NCBI GenBank assembly: GCA_043228905.1
Contig: JBHGNT010000704.1
Coordinates: forward strand, 1-17,208
DNA from: Azolla caroliniana
Lineage: Eukaryota; Plantae; Polypodiophyta
DNA length: 17,208 nt
Direction of reading: 5' to 3'
Shown here: positions 10,423 through 17,208 of the stretch, piece by piece
Layout: each line of letters starts with the position of its first letter
How positions within the stretch are numbered: position 1 is the stretch's first letter
The notes under the pieces: generated by a model
What the model was told of the DNA's origin: nothing
The model's input: the letters and a program-made list of their open reading frames with translations, nothing else
Database searches by the model: none
Program-made: the position numbers and the translations under genes

Positions 10423-10901
10423 TGTTGAGAATCAAACTCAACTTCCCATGTGTGGGAACACACTCTAGAAATACTCAAGTGTGTGAACACTCCACCTCCT
10501 CATATAGTAACTAGTGTGTTATAGAAGTTAATGTCCTATGACACATATTCTTTAAGTAGTTATGACTCGACCTCTTTCCCAAGAGACGACTCTAGTGAAA
10601 GAACCTAGAGAGAAAGTAACTATGTAAGCACCTTCTCCCTCTCTGTATAACCGTTGGCCATTCTTGTTTCCTTGTAATACAATTTGTTGGTTTTTCTTCG
10701 CTCTCTCTCTCTCTCTTTTATCGTAATTACCTTACCCTAGTGGTAAGTTGTTAGCACTACCAGCACTGCATTCTGGGTTCGAAACCTCACTTCCTCACCT
10801 CTCTATTATATACTTCTTATATATCTCTTAATTCACTAGATGACACTGTGGAATGTAGGGGTTGAACCCATGACCACCTGATCTCCATTGTCACTCTCTC
10901 A

Positions 10902-10936
<35 letters not shown>

Positions 10937-10973
10937 ATTCTTCTACTACACAGAATCCATCCGATTCTTTACA
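10423..10973 (+). repeat. Copia 5' LTR (551 bp)
   Basis: TG...CA ends. The first ~275 bp align to 15498 onward with about 18 substitutions by hand count (~93% identity). The last ~50 bp align to ~16422-16471. Confidence 0.95.
10733..10868. other. tRNA-like segment in the copia 5' LTR only: A box + B box on +, second B-box-like motif on -
   Basis: TACCCTAGTGGTAA (10733-10746) and GGTTCGAAACC (10776-10786) start 43 nt apart, which is tRNA spacing. GGTTCAACCCC lies on the minus strand at 10858-10868. No full cloverleaf is evident. Confidence 0.4.
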
Positions 10974-10985
10974 TGGTATCAGAGC
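10974..10985 (+). other. Primer-binding site, tRNA-iMet (TGGTATCAGAGC)
   Basis: Canonical plant iMet PBS immediately after the 5' LTR CA. Confidence 0.97.
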
Positions 10986-11120
10986 TCGTGGTTGCGTGAT
11001 CGAAGCCCATCGCCTCTACGTATGTTGTGCTTAATCCTGTGTTCGGAAAGAATCGGTTGATCATTGTAGCAGCAACCTGCACAATTCATATCAAAGAGGA
11101 GACGAAGAAGAAGTTCGACA

Positions 11121-14100
11121 ATGAACACTCAAATGGGAAGCGCTCTTCCTACTGAGAAGCTTGACGGAAACAACTTTGCATGTTGGGAGTACAAGATGCA
11201 CCAATACCTTGTCGGCCAAGGCTATTGGAGTTATGTCGAAGGAGCAAACAAAAATCAACCCAACCCAACACATGCCAACTACCCAACTTTGGAGCAAGCA
11301 GCGAGTCCCCGGCGAGTCGTGTGTTGTATTTCCTTCCATCATGCGTGCATGATCACATGTCGACTACATCCGAGAGCCCAAAACACCGAAGGAGGCGTGG
11401 GGGAACCTCAAGAAGATTTTCGCGGCCAACACGACCGCAAGGAAGTGTCAACTCCGTCAAGAGTTGAACGGTATACAACAGAGGGACATGTCAATCGACA
11501 ACTACACCTTGAAGATCAAGGAGCTGTGCAATGCTCTCGGTTCGCATTGACGGCGATGAAATAGTGCAGATTTTCCTCGGAGACCTAGCACCTCGGTTCG
11601 AAGCCATTTGGTCGGTAGTCCTCGCGAGGGAGAATCCTCCCTCCTTTTTCGATCTCCAGTCAATGTTGCTAGTTGAGGAGAATCATGTTCGAACAAGAAG
11701 CAATGCGCAAGAAGGAAAAATGCTCTATTCAAACTTTAATGGAGGAAGAGGACAAGGTCGTGGAAGAAGAGGTTGATTCAGCCAAGGCCAACACAACCAA
11801 GAGAAACCCCGAGAACATAACTTCTACTACCGCAAAACGCTTCAAACACGCGAGGCGAAGCGTCCGGAAGAAGGGAGAGTAATAAGGCTGGACCCAACCT
11901 ACAAAACAATCCCACCCAATGCAGATATTGTGGTAAATTCAACCACTATGAGGCTGACTGTCACAAGAAGAAGAGTGAGTTGGCCTCTACAAGCCGACAA
12001 CTCACAAACTACGCCTCCAACTCCGACTACGACAATCGTGGCTGAATGTTTGTGATGAGCCTCCAACCCGACCAACACCTCCAAACTAGAAGATGTATGG
12101 TTTGTCGATTCGGGCATATCCAATCACATGACATGCCACGAGGATTGGTTCAAGGAGCTATGAAAGCCCGAACGACCCGGCTATGTGGAAACTGGGGATG
12201 ACACAGTTCACCCCATTCAACACGTCGGCAATGTCCCATTTGGGGAAGAAGGCAACCAAACCTGCATCAAAAACGTTCTGGATGTTCCTACAATAACTAA
12301 GAACCTAGTCTCTGTTGTCTAGATAGTCGAACAAGGCATGCAAGTACCTTTCAATGATGGAGGATGTTTCATCGGACGTCGGCAATGTCCCATTTGGGGA
12401 AGAAGGCAACCAAACCTGCATCAAAAACGTTCTGGATGTTCCTACAATAACTAAGAACCTAGTCTCTGTTGTCTAGATAGTCGAACAAGGCATGCAAGTA
12501 CCTTTCAATGATGGAGGATGTTTCATCGGAAAAGATGGTTGACTCATCGCTCGTGGTCGGAGAGAAGGTCGGATGTTCATCTTCGACTCTCACGAGATGA
12601 AATCGGCAATGTATGCCAAGAGCCAGAGAGCCAACGCCGACATAGAGTTGTGGCACAAGTGAATTGGCCACGTTAACCTCCAAAAGCTCAAAGGAATGCA
12701 GTCGAAAGGAGTTGTCTTCGGTCTTATGACTTTTACCGAAAAGGAGAGTGCAGGCGTGTGCAAAGCTTGTCAATTTGGCAAATAGCACTGACAACCGTTC
12801 CCAAAGCAGAGGAACGTAAGCAAAGGGATCCTAGATGTTATACATTCAGATGTGTAGGGACCAGCCCAGATGGCAACATTCGGTGGTTGCCGGTACTACG
12901 TAACATTCATCGACGACTTCTCCAGGCATACCTGGATTTATCCCATGCGCCAGAAGAGTGAAGTGTTCTCGCACTTCCAGAAATTCAAGAATGAAGTCGA
13001 AAAGGCAACTAATCATCATGTATGATGCCTCCGATCGGACGGCGGCAAAGAGTACTTCTTCGACGCCTTTACCACATACCTTCGACAAGAAGGAATACGG
13101 TGGGAGTTAACTTGCCGACACACACCTCAGTAGAACAAAGTAGACAAACACAATAACCGGCACATACTTGAGGTGGCAAGGGCAATGATGAACGAGAAAC
13201 ATTTGCCAAAATCATATTGGGCTAAAGTGGTGAAAACAACCATCTATCTTATGAACCGTTGCACAACAACATCAGGGGTGCACGATATTACCCCTTGCGA
13301 AAAATTCTATGGGAAGAAACTGGATCTATCCCACGTCAAGATATTCGGTTCTATAGCATATGTACATATTCCTGACGAGAAGCGGCCGACGCTCGATCCA
13401 AAGTCGGAGAAATGTATACTCGTAGGATACTCACTCGAGCAAAAAGGGTATAAGGGCTTCAAACCTTCCACCAAGAAGGTACGAGTGAGTAGGGATGTAG
13501 TAATCGACGAATCAACATCCTGGTATACAGTCGAATTAGCTCCATCCGACACATTCGAAACCGAGTTCGACACATACATAGAGGAGGAGGATTGACCAAG
13601 GCCCACATTAGAGGGAAGTCCAATCTCAACTAGGTTGAGTGGGCCACAAGAGTCTCCAAGCGGCCAAAGCATGTTGTGGCCTAGTCCGAAACAAGAAAAA
13701 GGAAAGGCCAAGATGCCTGAGTACGAAGACTCAGATGGAAACGAATCGAACCACTCACCCGAGAGTGAGCATGGTGGACTGGATGTGCCCATCATGAGGA
13801 CACCAGGAGAACCACAACAATCCACCTGAGAGAAGAATGTGGTCATCTAATTCGGCTACAACGACTACATGGCATATCATTATGCATTCATGATGAAGGT
13901 GGCGTCAATTTGAGAACTGGAAACCCTTCCCTAAGCCGCGAAGGACCCTAGATGAATGAGGAGATGCGAGCACTCTCAAGGAAAGAGACATGGGATCTCG
14001 TCCCTTCTTCACACCACCAAAAGGCAATTGGATGCTAGTGGATCTTCAAAGTGAAGCACAACGCCGACAACACTGTCAATCGGTACAAGGCCCAACTTGT

Positions 14101-15399
14101 GGCAAAGGGCTACTCATAGACGCATGGTGTCGATTGCAAAGAGAACTTTGCCCCAGTGGCAAAGATGACAACAATCTAAACCGTGATTACACTTGCACCA
14201 GCAAAAGGGTGGCACCTCCACCAAATGGACGAAAAGAATGCCTTCCTACAAGGCTAGTTAGACGAGGAGGTGTACATGGTGCAACCACTCGGATTCGTGT
14301 TAGCTACGCATCCGACTGATGTCTGCTGACTGAAAAAGCCTCTATACGGTCTCAAGCAGGTATCGAGAGCATGGTACTTGAAGATAACCCAATATCTTCA
14401 TCAAATCGGCTTCAATATGTCCAACTCTGACAACTCTCTATTCATCTAGAGCGACTCTCGAGGACAGGTATTTATCATCATTTACGTGGATGACTTGGTC
14501 ATAGGATGAGAGCATTTAGTAGACATTGTGCACATCAACAAGCTCCTCTCTAGTTGATTCGAAATGAAAGACATGAAGAAGCTTCAATACTTTCTAGGAA
14601 TAGAAGTAATTTTGACTCCGGACGACATCATGCTTTCTCAAAGGCACTATATCCTCAATCTTCTTTACAAGTTTGGGATGACATAGTGTAAGCCTGTCAC
14701 TACCCCTCTCAATTGCAACCTAAAGCTAGATGCCGACTTCAACACAAGAGAGTGTGAGCTGACGCTCTATTGACAGTTAGTCAGAAGCCTCATCTACCTC
14801 ACAATTACCCGACCCGACCTGAGTTACTTGGTCATCCTCCTTAACTAGTTCATGCAAACTTTGTGACACATCCATCTCGACTGTGCTAAGAAAGTGCTAA
14901 GGTGTGTGACTAGAACCATGGATTTTAGCATCCTCTACAAATCGGCCACACCGACACAACTCGAAGGGTACACAGATCAATAGACGATCAACCTCAAGAT
15001 TCGTCTTCTCCCTCGGCAGGGGAGCCATCTCCTAGAGCAGCAAAAAACAGTCGACAATAGCATTGTCGAGCACCGAAGAAGAATACAGGGGCATGGCCAT
15101 AGCCGCATGTGGGTGTTCCCATAAAGGATCCTATTCTCATCTACTGCGACAATATGAGCAACATTCACCAAGCTCAAAATCGAATCTTCCATGGTTGGAC
15201 CAAGCACATTGAAGTGCACTATCGCTTCATCCGAGGGCGTGTTCTAGTTGGGGATGTTGACCTGCAACACATCAACACGAACCTATAGACAATCGACATC
15301 TTCACCAAGGCCCTGGGAATCAAAAAGTTGCGGCAGTTCATGACGAACCTGGGTCTTTCGACCGTTGACCAATCGAGCTTGAGGGGGAGTAAGGAGTAG
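11121..15399 (+). pseudogene. Copia gag-pol polyprotein, multiply disrupted
   Basis: Gag EKLDGNNFACWEYKM (from 11121); zinc knuckle CRYCGKFNHYEADC (~11920); protease WFVDSGISNHMT (~12098); LWHK*IGH and CKACQFGK; integrase IHSDV*GP, FIDDFSR, LRSDGGKEY, ILVGYS; RT HQMDEKNAFL, LYGLKQ, IYVDDL (~14483); RNase H EGYTD, YCDN, TKHIEVHY, DIFTKALG; ends SLRGSKE*. Many stops, frameshifts and small deletions. Confidence 0.95.
12222..12529 (+). repeat. Perfect 154-bp tandem duplication (12222-12375 / 12376-12529) in the copia protease region
   Basis: The two units are identical by manual comparison. Confidence 0.95.
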
Positions 15400-15486
15400 C
15401 CAGTCATTCGAAGCCGAAGACGGAGTTGACTCAAAGCCGACCCGAAGACCAACCCGAACCAACCATTCGACAATCGGAAGTTGTGT

Positions 15487-15497
15487 TTGAAGGGGTG
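15487..15497 (+). other. Polypurine tract before the copia 3' LTR (TTGAAGGGGTG); a second PPT-like TTGAGGGGGAGT lies at 15379-15390
   Basis: Directly adjacent to the 3' LTR TG at 15498. Confidence 0.8.
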
Positions 15498-15782
15498 TGT
15501 TGAGAATCAAACTCAACTTCCCGTGTGTGGGAACACACTCTAAAAATACTCAAGTGTGTGAACACTCCACCTCCTTGTATAGTAACTAGTGTGTCATAGA
15601 AGTTAATGTCCTATGACACATATTCTTTAAGTAGTTAAGACTCGACCTCTTTCCCAAGACACGACTCTACTTAGAGAACCTAGAGAGAAGGTGACTACAT
15701 AAGCACCTTCTCCCTTTCTTTATAACCGTTGGCCATTCTTGTTTCCTTGTAATACAATTTTCTGGTTTTTCTGTAATCGCGA

Positions 15783-15842
<60 letters not shown>

Positions 15843-16346
15843 ATCTATCTATCTATCTATCTCTCTCTTACTACACATGTTGCACCTAACTACAAAACCA
15901 TATTCTTTGCGGAATGAGGAAATCGTACACATCGATACATGTTAGAGCCCATATCGTTATCTGCCATTCGAACCATTGCTTCCATGCGACTTAGCTCACA
16001 TGCATTGCGATGTGAAACCGGGCGTTGGGGCACAAGTGATGAGAGTGGTCGGCTATGAACACTTTGCCCTAAACAAGTTTGCGAGTCTGAGTATCACACT
16101 TCGATACAATGTTCTGCCTTTGATCATATTCGACCATGCTTTCCACATCTCTTCGACCGAGCCCAATATTTGCATGAATTCCTCTCACAACCACAATGTG
16201 CACTCTCGATTGCAACATTCATTGGTAAAGTTCTTGAACATCGAGAGTCACTACTCACTTTCACACGTATCATGTGAAATGTAATATTTTTTTGTCTCAT
16301 AGGTCATATTTGACCTCCGAAGACGATAATATAATCTATCTATCTA

Positions 16347-16434
<88 letters not shown>

Positions 16435-16471
16435 GTTCTTCCGTTGCACATAATCCATTTGATTCTTTACA
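15498..16471 (+). repeat. Copia 3' LTR (974 bp including expanded (CT)n tracts and the LINE insertion)
   Basis: Both ends match the 5' LTR; (CT)n at ~15785-15841 and ~16351-16421. Confidence 0.93.
15859..16349 (+). mobile_element. 5'-truncated non-LTR retrotransposon (CR1-group/RTEX-like) with C-terminal CCHC region, 3' stem-loop and (ATCT)n tail
   Basis: Frame 15939..16277 (not the track's 15976 frame) reads MLEPISLSAIRTIASMRLSSHALRCETGRWGTSDESGRL*TLCPKQVCESEYHTSIQCSAFDHIRPCFPHLF...M*. This matches the RLSxHxLxxETGRW...CxxC...ExH...C signature, with the first Cys replaced by TGA at 16056. Hairpin AGGTCA-TATT-TGACCT at 16301-16316. Flanked by the 18-bp direct repeat TAATCTATCTATCTATCT (15841-15858, 16332-16349). 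Confidence 0.8.
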
Positions 16472-16476
16472 AAATC

Positions 16477-17208
16477 ATATGTTACATTTTCTACAAATGC
16501 TTTGACACCAATGGAAACCAATGCAATACATCGTCACAGACCATTGTCAGAAGAGGAAAAGCAATGTAGTTGAGCAAACCGCAAGCCTATCTTTATATTG
16601 TGGTGCCCATGGCATATTATAGTAAATTTTCCCCATAGGCCCAGACGTCAAGTAAACCAAGTTGCTACTATTGATAAACTTTCATTAGGGATATCTAACA
16701 ATCTTGGTGATCCAAGCTTTTCAAATAAATTTGAGGGCCTAAGTCAACTAGATGATAAATTAAATGATTAAGTCTAGCCAAAATAGTAGTTGTTTGGTTG
16801 GAACAACACTAGATTTGTGCAACCCATTAGTTTTTCCATTTCTTGTACGCAAGTTAGTAGGGTGTTCTCAACACAAGTGGAAGTTAGTACAAGAAGTAAT
16901 CATCAAGTTTATGTTCCAACACTCTTAGATATTAGGGCTAATTCTTGCTTCATGGACAGAAATTTTGCTTGACTTCATTTGGTAACTCTAAGAAAACTTC
17001 TTTGCCCAACTTTTGTAGTAGTCATTGATGGACACCCCATTGCTTCTATAAATATAGAAGAAGAATCAGAGGCAGTTCGTATTGTGCTAGATAATTTGGC
17101 ATGTGTAATATCCTTTAACACAATTAGTGGTCTTGAACATGCAATTGTTCTAGGGTTGTCATGGTTCGAACTAGAAAACCCCAAAATCAATTGGAGAAAG
17201 CAAGAAAT
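16477..17208 (+). pseudogene. Gypsy gag C-terminus (zinc-knuckle remnant) and aspartic protease
   Basis: TPMETNAIHRHRPLSEEEKQ and an LYCGAHG knuckle remnant (~16595-16640). Protease LLDIRANSCFMD (Asp at 16928; decayed D-S-G-A) and IVLGLSWFELENPKINW. Confidence 0.85.

Larger units (their letters stand above)
10423..16471 (+). mobile_element. Full-length, decayed Ty1/copia LTR retrotransposon inserted in the gypsy gag
   Basis: Paired LTRs TGTTGAGAATC...GATTCTTTACA, PBS, PPT, domain order gag-PR-IN-RT-RH, and TSD GAATC (10418-10422) / AAATC (16472-16476). Confidence 0.97.
9309..17208 (+). mobile_element. Decayed Ty3/gypsy LTR retrotransposon, Tf1/sushi/Tcn1 (chromovirus-like) type; interrupted by the copia element and running off the right edge
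   Basis: 5' LTR ends in TGACA. Sushi/PEG10-like gag (KEPKISVPMKFDGIRSRFRWFLNQ, FGLSNDVK, AIRCDNR), gag C-terminus (PMETNA, PLSEEEK, decayed zinc knuckle) and gypsy protease. The clade call is from motif recall; RT, IN and any chromodomain are not in the window. Confidence 0.88.

Noticed and set aside
10730-10800. Functional tRNA gene
   Set aside because: A and B boxes are present, but I could not fold acceptor and anticodon stems; retained only as a tRNA-like segment.
13307-13846. 179-aa antisense ORF in the copia (and other minus-strand ORFs at 11091-15516)
   Set aside because: Shadow frames of integrase, linker and RNase H coding sequence with no recognisable motifs.
15976-16284. 102-aa ORF MLPCDLAHMH... 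as a captured gene in the LTR
   Set aside because: It is an alternative frame of the LINE fragment; the recognisable motifs are in the 15939 frame.

Overview
Eukaryotic, AT-rich plant DNA. The transposon families resemble those of mosses or other seed-free plants; this lineage call is inference. Left half: the first four exons (minus strand, all GT-AG, all phase 0) of an ILR1/IAR3-like M20D amino-acid-conjugate hydrolase with an unusually long N-terminal extension. The last exon lies left of the window, and two introns contain retroposon 3' ends that share a terminal motif. Middle (~5.4-9.25 kb): AT-rich intergenic DNA with microsatellites and unassignable decayed sequence. Right half: a three-layer nest of decayed retroelements. 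(1) A Tf1/sushi/Tcn1-type Ty3/gypsy element whose 5' LTR carries a heat-shock-element array and a Tf1-like self-priming inverted repeat instead of a tRNA PBS. (2) A full-length Ty1/copia element (both LTRs, tRNA-iMet PBS, PPT, 5-bp TSD) inserted into the gypsy gag. (3) A 5'-truncated CR1-group/RTEX-like LINE with an (ATCT)n tail inserted in the (CT)n tract of the copia 3' LTR. The copia 5' LTR carries a different, tRNA-like (A/B box) segment at the same position. I cannot support a wholly new biological system from sequence alone; the best leads are the self-priming plus HSE LTR, the LTR microsatellite acting as an insertion site, and the extended hydrolase. No database searches were run.
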